From the human T2T-CHM13v2.0 reference genome, Homo sapiens: a stretch of DNA of 64,000 nucleotides. A program made the translations under genes and the position numbers. Location: NCBI RefSeq assembly GCF_009914755.1, contig NC_060930.1; one strand, given 5' to 3'. Positions within the stretch are counted from its first letter, which is position 1. Every line of letters starts with the position of its first letter. Below, piece by piece: positions 30,290 through 44,645 of the stretch. Below the pieces are notes generated by a model. That model was not told the origin of the DNA. It made no database searches and worked only from the letters and a program-made list of their open reading frames with translations.

Positions 30290-31447
30290 TAATTTTGTTG
30301 AGTTTTAAAATAATTTTTATTTAGAATTTTATGTAGGTGTTTTTAAACATATGACATTATATTTGAAATTTCTTACAAATATTTAGTAAAGGAAGGAAAA
30401 CTAAAGAAGAATTTCCTGACAATAAAGCGCTGTTAGCAATGTTTGATTCCTTACATTCGGTGCTCAAACCATTACTATTCTAGGACTGGTCCTTTTTAAG
30501 GATGGTTGAAACTAGGACAGATTGTCACTTGTCTGGAATTGTTCTTTCTATAAGCAAGACTTTATTAATACTGAATGTTATCTCCCTCTGTCTCTGTCTG
30601 TGATTCTCTTGAAAGTGCTTCATTCTGACTGAAGGAAAACTTTTGCTTTCTGCATGGAGCTTTGTATAGAAACCCGGCACGACAGGGCACTTTCGGGTCA
30701 TGCCTTGAGTCTTAAGAAATATTGAAAAATATAATCTAACAATGATGCTTCTGTTCAGCAAGGCAAGGAATTTATAACAGGGCAAAACTGAAACCTGTTT
30801 CTTGTTTGCTAGCCCATAAGGAGGCAGCTTGTTTTTATCATCAGTTTCCTGACATCAGGATGTGACTTCGAGAAGAGGAAAATAACACTTATTGGCATCA
30901 AAGATACTAAAGTATTTAATGCCTTAAATGAATAATCAGTATATGTGAACAATGAAAACACAGATGAGGAAGGATACCCAGTTTCAGTTTCATCTGTTGT
31001 ATCATGTTAGTTGGAGATATTTAGCTTAAGCCTCTTCCCTGTTGGTCCACTTTACCCTAGTTGTTTCACTGTTGTGAATGCATTTACAATTATTTTAAAA
31101 GATGGCCTCATTCTGTAGGTGAATCCCTGTAAAGAACATTGTAGAAGGTTATTATAACAACTCCTAAGCATAAGCTGGAGTCTAAAATGTTTCTAGGCAG
31201 CAACAGTCATATGTATGCTTGACCTTTGGGAGATCTGGTTCTTTCCTGTTGCTTGTTTTTACCCTGGCACTGTCACCCACTTGTGCCCAGGCTAGTTTCA
31301 ACCACTGTTTGCCTGAGCCTACATTTTGTGTTTTTTTCCATTTTAGCATGTTTTACAAATTTATTGAATTACACTTTGTACCAGGTATTGTGTTAGGGGG
31401 CAGGTATAAAAGCAGAGTTCTCATCTGTTATTTGATAGGAAAGACAG

Positions 31448-32250
31448 TGTGACTGTTATCAGTTTACTTATTCTCAGCCTGCAGCCCAGCCTTGTTTGCC
31501 TTGCCTTGGGTGACATAACTGGACTCTGTAATAGCTGTTCTTTGTCAGCTGCTATAATGTTAGTAGATGGTCTTGGTGGGGAATTGCAAAGTGGTGGCAG
31601 CAGGAAAGCACTTGTCTTCTGGGTTCCAGTTTTCCTCCATTTTTAATTCACTCCAGAAGCGAGAGATGGGTGCATGGAAGGCCTGGTGGAGCTCATAGGA
31701 TAGTATCGATACTGCCTCCTTTCCCATGACATTACAGACTGTCTTAGTTTGCTCAGGCTGCTCTTACAAAATACCATAGAGCAGGTGGGTTATAAACGAC
31801 AGAAATTTAATTCTCACAATACTGGAGGCTGGGAATTCCAAGAATAAGACGCCAGCAGATTTGATGTCTAGTGAGAACTCACTTCATGGTTCATAGATGG
31901 CAAGTTATAGCTGTGTCCTCACACAGTGGAAGGGGCAAGGCAGCTAGCTTTATGGGGTCTCATTTATAAGGGCACTATCTCATTAATGAGGGTCCCACCC
32001 TCATGACCTAATCACCTCTCAGGAGCTCCATGTCCTAATATCACATTGGTGATTATATTGTAGCATATGAATTTGGGGGGGACACAAGCATTCAGACAGT
32101 AACACAGGCCATCTCCCTCAAGAAACCCTGGTTCTAGCTGTAATAGTCTGTACTTATCTGATCTGCCGTTCCTTCTCTGCCTAGATGACATTTATTAAAA
32201 TATCTTTTATTATCTAACAGCACTTCCCTCTTGCAGTCTTCCTTAAACAT
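31448..32250 (-). mobile_element. LTR33-like ERVL LTR interrupted by MLT1A0
   Basis: TCTCAGCCTGCAGCCCAGCCTT..CTGGACTCTGTAA..CTTTGTCAGCTG..ATGTTAG resembles the LTR33 terminus. Confidence 0.45.
31740..32104 (-). mobile_element. MLT1A0 solo LTR
   Basis: TGTCTTAGTTTGCTCAGGCTGCT..CAAAATACCATAGA; TSD CAGAC/CAGGC. Confidence 0.88.
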
Positions 32251-32255
32251 CAGCC

Positions 32256-32624
32256 TGTATTAGTCTGTTCTCACACTGCTATAAAGACATACCTGAGACT
32301 GGATAATTTATGGTGAAACGAGGTTTAATTGACCCAGGGTTCCACAGCTGGTATAGGAAGCATGGCTGGAGAGGCCTTAGGAAACTTACAATCATGGCAG
32401 AAGGTGAAGAGGAAGCAGGCACAATCTTCACATGGCAGGGCAGGAGGAGATGGGAGTGCTACACACTTTTAAACAATGAGATCTCGTGATAACTCTATCA
32501 GGAGAACAGCAAGGGGGATGTCTGCCCCCATGATTCGATCACCTCCCATCAGGCCCCTCCTCCAACAACGGGAATTACAATTTGACATGAGATTTTGGTG
32601 GGGACACAGAGTCAAATCATATCA
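32256..32624 (-). mobile_element. THE1D-like solo LTR
   Basis: TGTATTAGTCTGTTCTCACACTGCT ... CATATCA; AGGAAGCATGGCTGG; TSD CAGCC/CAACC. Confidence 0.88.
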
Positions 32625-32859
32625 CAACCCAAGTTAGATTTCCCAACTTGAATTCCTTTAAAGCATCTGAGATTTACTATAGCTGTGCTATTCTATTAGA
32701 CTGCATTATAATTTTTAGTTGGCTTGTGTTTTTCCTTCTGAACTGTGAGCTCTTTTTAATTTCAATATCACTAGTGCTAAGTAACATAACCTCTCAGATG
32801 CTTACTGAATTGATTTAAATCTTCTATTTACTTTTTCCTTCCACTTAAAATAGTAGCTC

Positions 32860-33047
32860 TTTTCTTTTTCTTTCTTTTTTTTTTTTTTTTTAGAGACAGG
32901 GTCTTGCTATGTTGCCTAGGCAGGAGTGCAGTGACTTTCACAGGTGCAAGCATAGCACCCTGTAGCCTTGAACTCCTGGGCTCAAGAAGTCCTCCAGCCT
33001 CAGCCTCCTGAGTAGCTGGAACTACAGGTGCACACACTGTGCCTGTC
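32860..33047 (-). mobile_element. FAM (fossil Alu monomer)
   Basis: Monomer with GTGACTTTCACAGGTGCAAGCATAGC; long T tail. Confidence 0.8.
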
Positions 33048-33049
33048 TT

Positions 33050-33215
33050 ATATTTTATTGAGTAATGTGTTAGGTACTTTTATATACTTTGTCTAGTTTA
33101 ATCCCACTGGAGCTTAGGAAACAAGTTTAGAGGAGTTAAGTATCTTGCCCCCATGTTTATATAGCTAGGAAGTTAACATAGTTCATTTTAAAACCTGGGT
33201 CATTCCTGCTCCTAT
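33050..33215 (-). mobile_element. MIR fragment
   Basis: TTTAGAGGAGTTAAGTATCTTGCCC..ATAGCTAGGAAGT. Confidence 0.55.
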
Positions 33216-34081
33216 TTATCTTCTCAAATATTCAGAAGATGTTAAAAAGTAACCAGGTTTTTGGAAGATAGCTATTTTGTTTCTTATTTTTATTGTGTTA
33301 ATATAGATCCATTAGAGTACCAGAGTAATTCAGCATTTGGTTTAAAAGTCTTGGCTTTACTTATATTGAGAGATTCATTAGCAGAAAATTACTTATTGAT
33401 AGTGTCTTATCCTCTTCAAAATCGGAATTAACAAAATGATTCTTTTATTTCTCTCACAGTGATTTTTTAAAATAGATTTTATTTTTTAGAGCAGGTTTAG
33501 ATTCACAGCAAAATTGAGAGGAAGGTACAGAGATGTTCCATATATCCCCTGCCCCCACATATCTGCAGCCTCTCCCATGATCAGTATCCCCCATCAGAAT
33601 GGTACATTTGTTACAACTGATGAACCTACGTTGACACATCATTATCAATCACCCAGAGAATGTAGTTTACATTAAAGTTGACTTTTGGTATGGTATTTTC
33701 TATGGATTTTGACAAATGAATAATGACATGTATCCACCATTATTGTATCATACAGAGTAATTTCACTGCCCTTAAAATCTTTGCCCTGCTTATTCATCCC
33801 AAACTCTTAGCATCCACTGATGTTTTGATTGTCTCCACTGTTTTATATTTCCCCAGATATCAGATAGTGGGAGTCATATAATTTGTAGCTTTTTTGGATG
33901 GGTTCCTTTCACTTAGTAATATGCACTTAAGTTTCCTCTATATCTTTTCGCGTCTTGATGGCCCATTTTTTAGTGCTGAATAATATTTCATTGTCAGAAT
34001 GTACAACAGTTTATCCATTCACTTACTGAAGGACATCTTGGTTGTTTCTAAGTTTTGGCAATTATGAATAAAGCTGCTTTA

Positions 34082-34376
34082 GGCCAGGTGTGTTGGCTCA
34101 TGCCTGTAATCCCCGCACTTTGGGAGGCCAAGGTGGGTGGGTCGCTTGAGGTCAGGAGTTTGAGACCAGCCTGGCCAACATGGCAAAACCCTGTCTCTAC
34201 TAAAAATACAAAAATTAGCTGGGCGTGGTGGCATGTGCCTGTATTCCCAGCTACTTAGGAGGCTGAGGCATGAGAATCACTTGAGTCCAGGAGGCGGAGG
34301 TTGCAGTGAGCCAAGATCGTGTCACTGCACTCCAGCCTTGGTGTCAGAGTGAGTCTCTGTCTCAAACAAAGAAAAA
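34082..34376 (+). mobile_element. AluS (Sx/Sz-like)
   Basis: Full dimer; 18-bp TSD ATGAATAAAGCTGCT(T/A)TA. Confidence 0.93.
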
Positions 34377-35623
34377 ATGAATAAAGCTGCTATAAACATT
34401 GTGTGCAGTTTTTATATGGACATAAGTTGTCAACTCTTCTGGGAGGGCAAAAGGAAGGTAATTGCTAGATCTTTTGATAAGATATGTTTAGTTTCAGAGT
34501 ATGTTCAGATTCTGTCAAACTGTCTTCCAAGTGACTGTATCATTTTGCATTTGTATCCACAATGAATGAGAGTTCCTGTTGCTCCGCATCCTTGCCAACA
34601 TTTGGTGTTAGCAGTGTTCTGGATTTGGCCATTGTAAGAGGTTCGTAGTGGTATCTCATTGCTTTAATTTGCATTTTCCTGATGACATATGATGTGGAGC
34701 ATATTTTTATATGCTTATTTACCGTTTGCATGTCTTCTTTGGAGAGGTGTCTGTCAAGGGCTTTACCCCATTTTTTAATCAGATTGTTTTCTTATTGTTG
34801 AGTTTTAATATTTCTTCATGTATTTTGGATTATAGATCTTTATCAGACATATCTTTTGCAAGTATTTTCTTTATTGCTTTTTATTTTCTTGACAATATCT
34901 TTTGCAGAGCAAAATTTTATAATTTTAATGAAATCCAGTTTATTGATTCTTGTGTTCATGGAGTGTGCCTTTTGTGTAATATCTAAAAAGTCATTGTCAA
35001 ACCTAAGGGCATCTAGATTTTCTCCTATGTTATCTCCCAGGAGTTCTGTAGTTTTATGTTTTACATTGAGGTCTGAGCCATTTCGATCTAATTTTTGTCA
35101 AGAATGTAAGGTCTGTGTTTAGATTTGTTTTTTTAGCATGTGGATGTCCAGTTGTTCTACCACCGTTTTTTGAAGATGGTCTTTGTACCATCATATTGCT
35201 TTCGCTCCTTGGTCAAAGATCCGATGATTGTATTTTTGTGGGTCTATTTCTGGGCTCTTTGTTCTGTTCCATTGATCTGTTTGTCTGTTCTTTCATCAGT
35301 AGTACATTGTCTTGATTATTGTTGCTTTGCAGAAAGCCTTAAAGTTGAGTAGTGTCATCCTTCTGACTTTATTCTTCTCTTTTAATATTATGTTGGCTAT
35401 TCTAGGTCTTTTGCCTTGCCATGTAAGCTTTCTAATCACTTTGTTGATATCCACAAAATAACTTGCTGGGATTTTGATAGGGATTGCATTGAATCTATAG
35501 ATCAAGTTGGAAAGAACTGACATTTTTACAATATTGAGGCTTCCTATCCTAAATATGGAATATCTCTTCATTTATTTAGTTCTTTGATTTCATTCATTAG
35601 AGTTTTTTTAGTTTTTTAAAAAA

Positions 35624-35810
35624 TTTTATTTTATTTTTGCTAGAACCATAGGCACACACCATCACAGTCTGCTAGTTCTTAAAACGTTTTTATAGAGATG
35701 AGGTCTCCCTTTGTTGCTCAGTCTGCTCTTGAACTTCTGAGTTCAAGTGATCCTCTCACCTTGGCCTCCCAAAGTTCTAGGATTACAGGCATGAGCCATC
35801 AAGCCTGGCT
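35624..35810 (-). mobile_element. AluJ with most of the right monomer deleted
   Basis: T tail joined directly to the start of the right monomer, then a diverged left monomer. Confidence 0.75.
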
Positions 35811-36140
35811 CTTGTAGTTTATTTTCTATAGATCATGTACCTATTTTGTTAGGGTTATTCCTTCATTTTGGGAGGTGCTAATGTAAATGGTATTGTTGTA
35901 AATTTCAAATTCCTCTTGTTCATTGCTGGTATTTGGAAAAGCAGTTGACTTTTATATATTAATTATGTATCCTGAAACCTTGCTAAATAGCTTATTTGTT
36001 TTAAGGTTTTTTTTTTTTTGCCAATACTCTTGAGTGTTTTATGCAGACATTTATTTCATCTGCGAACAAAGACAGTTTTGTTTCTTCCTTCCCAATCAAT
36101 ATACCTATTATTTCTTTTTCTTGTCTTGTATTAACTAGGA

Positions 36141-36625
36141 CAGGGTCCCCAACCCCTGGGCCATGAACTGGTACTGGTCTGTGGCTTGTTAGGAACCAGG
36201 CCGCATAGCAGGAGGTGAGCGGTGGGTGAGTGAGCCAAGCTTCATCTGTGTTTACAGCTGCTCCCCCTTGCTTGCATTACCACCTGAGCTCCGCCTCCTG
36301 TCAGATCAGGGGCAGCATTAGATTCTCACAGGAGCACGAACCCTATTGGGAACTGTGCATGTGAGGTATCCAGGTTGCCTGATGATCTGTCACTGTCTCC
36401 CATCACCCCCAGATGGGACCTTGTAGTTGCAAGAAAACAAGCTCAGGGCTCGCACTGATTTTATATTATGGTGAGTTGTGTAACTATTTCATTATATATT
36501 ACAATGTAATAATAGAAATAAAGTGCACAATAAATGTAATGCGCTTGAATCATTCTGAAACCATCTCCCACCCAATCTGTGGAAAAATTACCTTTCCCTC
36601 GTGCCAAAACGGTTGGGGGCCACTG
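36141..36625 (+). mobile_element. MER1A hAT-Charlie MITE
   Basis: TIRs CAGGGTCCCCAACC / GGTTGGGGGCCACTG; perfect 8-bp TSD AACTAGGA. Confidence 0.92.
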
Positions 36626-37439
36626 AACTAGGACATCCAGTATGATATTGAAAAGGAGTGGTGAGGGGACATTTTTGTCTTTGTTCGTGATTTTAGTGGG
36701 AAAGCTTCGAGTTTCTCACCGTTAAGTATGATGTTAGCTATAGATTTTTGTAGTCTTTTTAACTAGTTGAAGTTACTCTATATCTCGTTCACTGAGATCT
36801 TTTATCATGAATGGGTTTTGGATTTTGTCAAGTGTGTCTGTCAATAGATGCAGAAAAATCTATTGCTATGATTATGTGATTTTTCTTCTTTAGCCTGTTG
36901 ATGTGATGAATTACATTAATTGATTTTCAAATGTTGAACCAGCCATGCAATCAGAGGTAAATCCCAGTTAGTCATGGTGTATAATTCTTTTTATACATTG
37001 TTATATTTGATTTTCTATGGATGATTTTATATCTATGTTCATGATAAATATTGGTCAATAGTTTTCTTGTGTTGTCTTTGTGTGGTTTTGGTATTAGGAT
37101 AATGCTGACCTCAGAATGAGTTAGGAAGTATTTCCTCTTGATTCTAATTTCTGAAAAAGTTATGGAAAATTGTCATAATTAAAAAAAATATGGTAACATT
37201 CACCAGTGAACCAATCTGGGCCTGGTGCTTTCTGTTTTAGAATGTTGCTAATTATTGATTCAATTTATTTAATAGATATAGGCCTATTCACATCGTCTTT
37301 TTCTTCTTACATGAGTTTTGTAGATTGTTTTTCAAGATTTGGTTCATTTCATCTGGGTTATGAAATTTGTGATTTGTTAGATCAATCAGGGATAAGAAAA
37401 TTAAAAAGTTATTTTACTTTTATTCTTTTATCAATCTTT

Positions 37440-37746
37440 TTTTCTTTTCTTTGTTTTTCATATTTTATTTTATTTTGTTTTTTGAGGTGGGATCTTACTC
37501 TGTCACACAGGCTGGAGTGCATGGTCACAGCTCACTGCAGCCTCGACCTCCTAGGCACGGGTGATCCTCCTGAGTAACTGGGACTGTAGGCACTCACCAC
37601 CACATGCAGCTAATTTTTCTATTTTTGGTAGAGAGGGGATTTTGCCATGTTGCCCAGGCTGGTCTTGAGCTCCTGGGCTCAAGTGATCTGTCTGCCTCTG
37701 CCTACCATAGTGCTAGGATTATAGGCATGAGCCACCTTGCCCTGCT
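37440..37746 (-). mobile_element. AluJ
   Basis: Diverged dimer with deletions. Confidence 0.88.
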
Positions 37747-39889
37747 TCTTTCTCTAGATCCAAATTTCTGACCTACATCATTTTTATCCTATGTAAAGGA
37801 TTTTTTTTTTTAATTTCTTGCAAGGTAGATCTACTGGCAAAAAAATCTCTCAATTTTTGTTTGTTTGAGAAAGTATTTTTCCTTCACTTTTGAAGAATGA
37901 TTTTGCGGGTTACAGAATTCTATGTTGTTGTTTTTTCTTTTTTTTTATCAACACTTTATTTTACTTTACCACTCGCTTGTATGGTTTCTAGCAGAAGTAA
38001 AATGTAATTCTTATCTTTGCTTCTGTCTAGCTAAGGGTTATTCCCCCCTCACCCCCCACCTCTGGCTTCTTTCAGGTTTTTTTCTTTATCTTTGACTTTC
38101 TGTAGTTTGCATATGTCATGCATAGGTATAGTTTTTTTGGTTTTTATCCTGCTTGGCATTCACAGTCTCCTGAATCTTTTGATTGGTATGTGGCATAAAG
38201 TTAGGGAAATTTTCAGTGATTACTGCTCTGTATATTTCTGCTGTTCCTTTATCTTCTACTTCCGCTTCTAGTATTCTATCACATGTATGTTACACCTTTT
38301 GTAATCATCTCATTGTTCTTGAATATTCTGTTGAGAGGTTTCTTTCGTTTTTTTTTTGTTTTTAGTCTTTTTTCTTTGTGCTTTTCAGTTTTGTACATTT
38401 CTATTGTGATATCTTCAAGCTCAGAGAGAGTCTTTGCTCAGCCATGTCTAGTCTACTAGTAAGCTTGTCTAAGTCATTCTTCATTTCCGTTAGTGTTTTT
38501 GATTTCTCTTATATGTTTTTTGTTCTGTTTTAGAATTTCTTTTTGTCTGTTTACATTGCCCTTCTTTTCTTACATGCTGTCCATTTTTTCCATTGGCACC
38601 CATAGCATGTTAATCATTGTTGTTTTAAATTCCCAGTCTGATAATTCCCACATTCTGCCATATCTGAGTCTGGTTCTGATTCTTGCTGTCTCTTCAAATT
38701 GTCTTTGATGCTTTTAGTACACCTTGCACTTTTTTCTTGCTATCTAGACACGAAGTACTGAGAAACAGAAACTGGTATAAATAGGTCTTCAGTGATGTGG
38801 TATTAAGGTGTTGGGGGAGAGGGAGTGTTCTGTAATCCACTGATTAGGTCTCAGTCCTTTAGTAAGCCTGTGCTTACTGTGATCCTCACAAGTTCTTCTT
38901 AGTCCTCTCCCCTTCAGGAGGGACTAGAAAGCTAGACTTGGCTGGAGCTGGGCATTTGTTTTCACCCAGGTCATTTAGGCTCTGGTGACACCCCAGCAGG
39001 TTAGGCTGTAGTTAACTAGTTTTTCCTGAGAGCAGACTTTAAGAACAGAGTACTCTGGTGAGTTTCCATATAGTTTCTTTTACCTTTCCCCTACTGGAAG
39101 CATGAGGGGATTTTGCTCCAGTATTCACTGTGAGAACCAGGTCAAGCTCCTGGAGGTAAAAATTCACGCAAGTATGGGGCCCCAGTGACTGAGTCATCCT
39201 GGAGTTTTTAACTTTACTCTAAAAGTTGTCCACACTGAGCCTCCAGCAATACATAAATTACAGTTTAGATTTTCCTACCCTAACACTCGTTCCCGTGGAG
39301 GTTTGTGGTTTTCTGCTCAGGCAAATTGTGATTTTTGGTATCTGCCAGTTGGTGTCTCCAATATTAGGGGCAGTGATTTGCCTGGTGACCTCAATTCTCT
39401 TACATATCTAAAAAGAATGATTTGTTAGTTTGTTTAGTTTTTTCACTTGTTGGTAGGATGGAATAGCAACTTCCAAGCTTCTCAGATGCTGAACTGGAAA
39501 CCTGAAGTCCCCACAACCATTTTTAGGGGCAAAACTGTAATGTTCATTTCATGAGTATTATATATAATTTCCACCTAGAGGTAAATGGTGTTTTTGTTAT
39601 TACTGGTTGTTACTTGTTAAAGGTTTATGTTGTGATTTTCAAAGAAATTTCATGTATCTGTGCTCTAATTTTCTTTATGGAAAAATGGACCAAAAAAAGA
39701 GAGAGGTATTTAATTGCAATGAATGGGTGCCATTTACCCCTCCCTGCAAAAAGAACATTTCAGAATCATTCAGAATTGAATGATAAGAAATTCTGTTTTT
39801 ATTGTATAAGGCTTATGGTGGTCTTAGTGTTACAGAATAGCTAACTTTTTGAAATTTCATTGTTTGTTAATCCATGGATTTTTAAAATC

Positions 39890-40660
39890 ATTTTGCCTCC
39901 CAATTATGAAAAATAACTTTCACATTGTAGACCATTTGGAAAATACAATTTAAAAGTCACCTGTATCTCCTTGTGTAATGGTTACCATAGTTAACATGCT
40001 GGCATATGACTTGCCAATCTTTTTTCTGTATTGGATTCTCTTTTACTTACATGAAATTATATCGTACATATTTTTGTATCCTACTTTTTAAAAAACACAT
40101 GTGTTTAATGAGGTAATTTTTTAAATGGCTATGTAATATTTCATTTTATGGATATACTATAAGTTGTATATATTTTTTGGCTGAGTACTTAGATTTTATC
40201 CAATTTTTTATTCAGTAGTATAAATGTATTATAACTGTCAAATAAATGAACATCTTTGGGTGTAAGTCTTTACCTTCTTTTTTGGTATTGCATTTTAAAA
40301 AATGTAGATCTAGTTGATGAAGGTGGAATTTTCGGTCACAGAATGAGCATTTTACGAACTCCAGACATATTTTTCAACACTGTTCTCTAGAGAAGAGATA
40401 TCCATTAGCCTTACTACCGCAGTGTGTGAGAATGAGGGAGACACACCCCTGCCACTTGTGCTTTTAGTATTTCCAATTTTAGTTTTGCTAATTTAATGGA
40501 GATTGGGATGACAGCTCATTGTTTTAATATATTTTCTTTGATTATAAACAAAATAGAATTTTTTTTATATTTTTTTGATTATTTACTATTTATATTGTCT
40601 TTATTATAGACTTCATGTTTTTCACGTATACTTATATGAGTTTCTTGTATATTAAGAATT
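39890..40660 (-). mobile_element. L1ME-like fragments
   Basis: CATTTGGAAAATACA, AATGGCTATGTAATATTTCATT, CTCATTGTTTTAAT motifs. Confidence 0.55.
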
Positions 40661-41682
40661 AGCTATAAGGGAACTGTGGAAGTCAAGACTACTTTACCAT
40701 GTTCATAAAAACTGATAAAAAATGAATATAACTTTCAGATCTTGAGAGCGGATTTTACAGATGTCATGTGAGTTCATTGAGTAATATTCTTATGTACCAC
40801 TACTGACTGCTTGGGACTTTATTACTGTAAATAGGAAAAACAAAAAATTAAGATTCTGATATGCTAATTATTTTGCTTATATGGTGGTGAATATACTTTT
40901 AAAATGAAACATGTATTGCATGCAACAATACTATTTTGGTAGATTTTTAGAAAAGCAGGTATTATTACAGGTAATAGGCAATAATGACTTCGAAGGTCTT
41001 AGGGACTATGAGTAGGTAAACACTTTATGACCACGACCCCACAAACACCCCGCAGGAGATTATGTGGCTGCCATTTGTAAACGGCCATTCATTGTCCTGT
41101 CTCTTGCCTTTGGCTCTTTCCAGTTTTTCTTCCCAAATCTTTGGACTAGTTCCTGCAGAAAATATGAATTCACAGTGGTGCCCTCTGGGCCTGGGCATCT
41201 CTGGGCCGGCAGACCCTGAGCAGCGACTGCTGCTGAGAGCAGGTGTGTGTACAGATGGCATGGTGGGGCCAGCCTGCCTTCTGCTTGGTGATGTTGGAGA
41301 GGGTGATTGATAATAGAGCTTACACCGAGTAATGGTCTGAGGCAAGGCGAGCATGAGTGCCTGGCTAAGTGAAAGTCATCGCTGGCAGAGTGGATATGTA
41401 CACTTAATTTAGTCTGTAGTTTTATTAAACTTCCTTATTAGAGGAGGCCTTATTTTCTTATTAACCAGAGGTCTCCATGCTGGCTGTTTCATCTTGTTGC
41501 CTCCTCTCTTACCGTGTATCCTCTCAGGGAGGTGAGGATAATTGAGAAAGGGCTAAAAACAGCTCTCCCGAGTTTGAGAAGGTTTTCAGTTGTCAATGCT
41601 TACATAATTTAGAGAGGACTCCAAAGCATTGTGAAAGAAAGCTCATTATGCGTCTCAGTCTCCTTCCTTGTCTTTTCTTGTA

Positions 41683-41955
41683 GTTGTCTCCATAGTGGGA
41701 TGTACATATCCCTAGGCTAGATTTGGAGTTGGGTGAGAAGAAAATATTAAAAACTTCATTTTTATTTCATTCTTTTTTATTTCCCATTCTTTTTCATTTC
41801 TATTTTATATATGTTATGTAATATACACAACCAATTTTTCTACAGTAAAGTATGTATATAATTTATAAGCAAATATACATAAATTTGGTGGTATGCACAA
41901 AAGTTTTTAATTTTTAAGTTTTCGCAGTGTGCAGTTTAAAAATTTTGTAGAACTT
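41683..41955. mobile_element. Old hAT-Charlie-type MITE (subfamily uncertain)
   Basis: AGAAGAAAATATTAAAAACTTC..GTATATAATTTATAAGCAAATATACATA resembles Charlie-derived MITEs. Confidence 0.4.
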
Positions 41956-42765
41956 TTGTCTTATAGGATTTGTTGTATAGGCATGGCAGCTTTTGCTTAC
42001 CCTGAATACTAAGACATTTTGACATTTACATAAGATTACTATCTACCAATTGGAGTGTTTTTCTCCCCCCTCTGAGTAAATCAGGCTTAATAGAGTACAT
42101 ATGAAGGGCATAAAGTCAAGGGCAATTCTCACTATTTCTTTGCCAGGATTTTAAACTGAAGTTAAACATGTCAAAATGACTAAAGATTTAGAGATGATTG
42201 GTAGAGAAGTGTTCTCAGTTTGTTACTCAACCTCCAAGTTAATGTGGAATTTTATAACTGTTTTAGTCAGCTTTCTGTTGGGAGCTCCAAACATCATAAA
42301 ATCTTGTGAATTCTGCCTACTACTAATCAATAAGTGAAATGATAGTAATTATCTCTGGTTTTCTTCATTTTTATATGCTTTGACAATAATGTTTAAAACC
42401 ATTCTGGGCTTTGATTTGGGATTCCACAGAATTTTCTTCTGGGTCACAGAGGGGGTTAATTATTTCTAGAACTCTGAAATTTTGTGATTCTTGTGGTTCA
42501 AAATCACAAAAACCAAAGTGAAATCATGGTAGAAAGCTTGATGGTGGGGAATATCAGCTATGGAAAGTAACAGTAATTATCAGTTTTGTACTTTTTTTCT
42601 GGAAAATATTATCTTTTGAGGCTTCATTTAATATTTTTCTTTATCAGCCCAGAACATTAAAAAAAAACCCTAACCTACTGGAAAAATTTGGTAAGCCAGT
42701 GCTTTGAGTGGTCACAATGTAGAGAAAATGAGCATTGTCATGTAGTAAAGTTAAAAGACAGTTGT

Positions 42766-43115
<350 letters not shown>

Positions 43116-43746
43116 TCAGCTCTCTCTGTGGTGGGTGGTTCTTCACAGTCTAAGAAGGCCTCTCACTTTTTTCTTCCATCTTTGTTTCCTTTTCAAATAT
43201 TTAATGTGTAGAAATTTTTATTGCCCTTTCTGCTTAGTCAGAAATACTAACCATTGTTGAAACTTGTAACCATTTCTGATAATTTGCCCAGTTGAAATAA
43301 GATAATTCTTTTATTCAATTCCAGGACTCTGAAATCCTCTGAGACCAAACTTATAGAACTGTCAGTTGTCTGGACTTTTTGTGTGCATTTTATCAAGAGG
43401 GAGAAGAACAGTTACTTTCTCCCTTCCCTCAAAACAGGGCAAATGACAGAATTCTATTTCCAGATAGATATGTTTCTTTCAGGGACAAATGTCCTATATT
43501 TAGTTCTTTTTAGTTAATATACTTTATATTAGCCAATGCCTAGCACTGCACACAGCAGCAGCCTTGCTTTCTCGCCTATGGCTTTCTGAAAGTTGAGACC
43601 ACAGAAATACTTTTGCCTTTCCTTGTCATGTCTTATCCACTTAATGAGAATAACTGAAGTAATACTAAAAGCTTTCATAAGACCTGGTTAAACTTGACCT
43701 TGAGATTGCTTCACTCAGAAAAGTTCTTAGTTTAATTAACAAGTAA

Positions 43747-44262
<516 letters not shown>

Positions 44263-44645
44263 CTGCCAGTTACTTTTATTAGAGTCACAGTGTTCTACTC
44301 TGGATCTAGGGAGACCCCCTTTGGTTCCACAGAAGGAGAAGAATGGGCATCTCTACCTGTGCATCAGGATGTCATTTTTTTGAGTTGCGTAGAGAAGGTT
44401 CTACTCCCACAGCTTGCATATTGTCCATGTCTGTATTAATCTTGTTATGAGGCATCAACTCAGCATGGGTAATAGGTAGTTACATTAATGCCAGGGCTCA
44501 AGGAGTCCCACCCATTTCTTTCACCAAATAGCCCACGAAAGTGATGAGAGATAGGATGACCACATATATACCGTAAACACCAGAATGAAGGCCTTTGTCA
44601 CTGCTTTCCCCCTCAGTGAAAAAGTAGGAAATGTTTTTAAGTCCC

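Larger units (their letters stand above)
33462..39509 (-). mobile_element. Ancient L1MC1/L1MD-class element apparently retaining both 3' and 5' ends, internally deleted
   Basis: 3' end GATTCACAGCAAAATTGAGAGGAAGGTACAGAG; ORF2 remnant 35296-35571 (LIYRFNAIPIKIP); L1M 5'UTR-like sequence 38750-39509 ending GGAAACCTGAAGTC. Confidence 0.75.
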
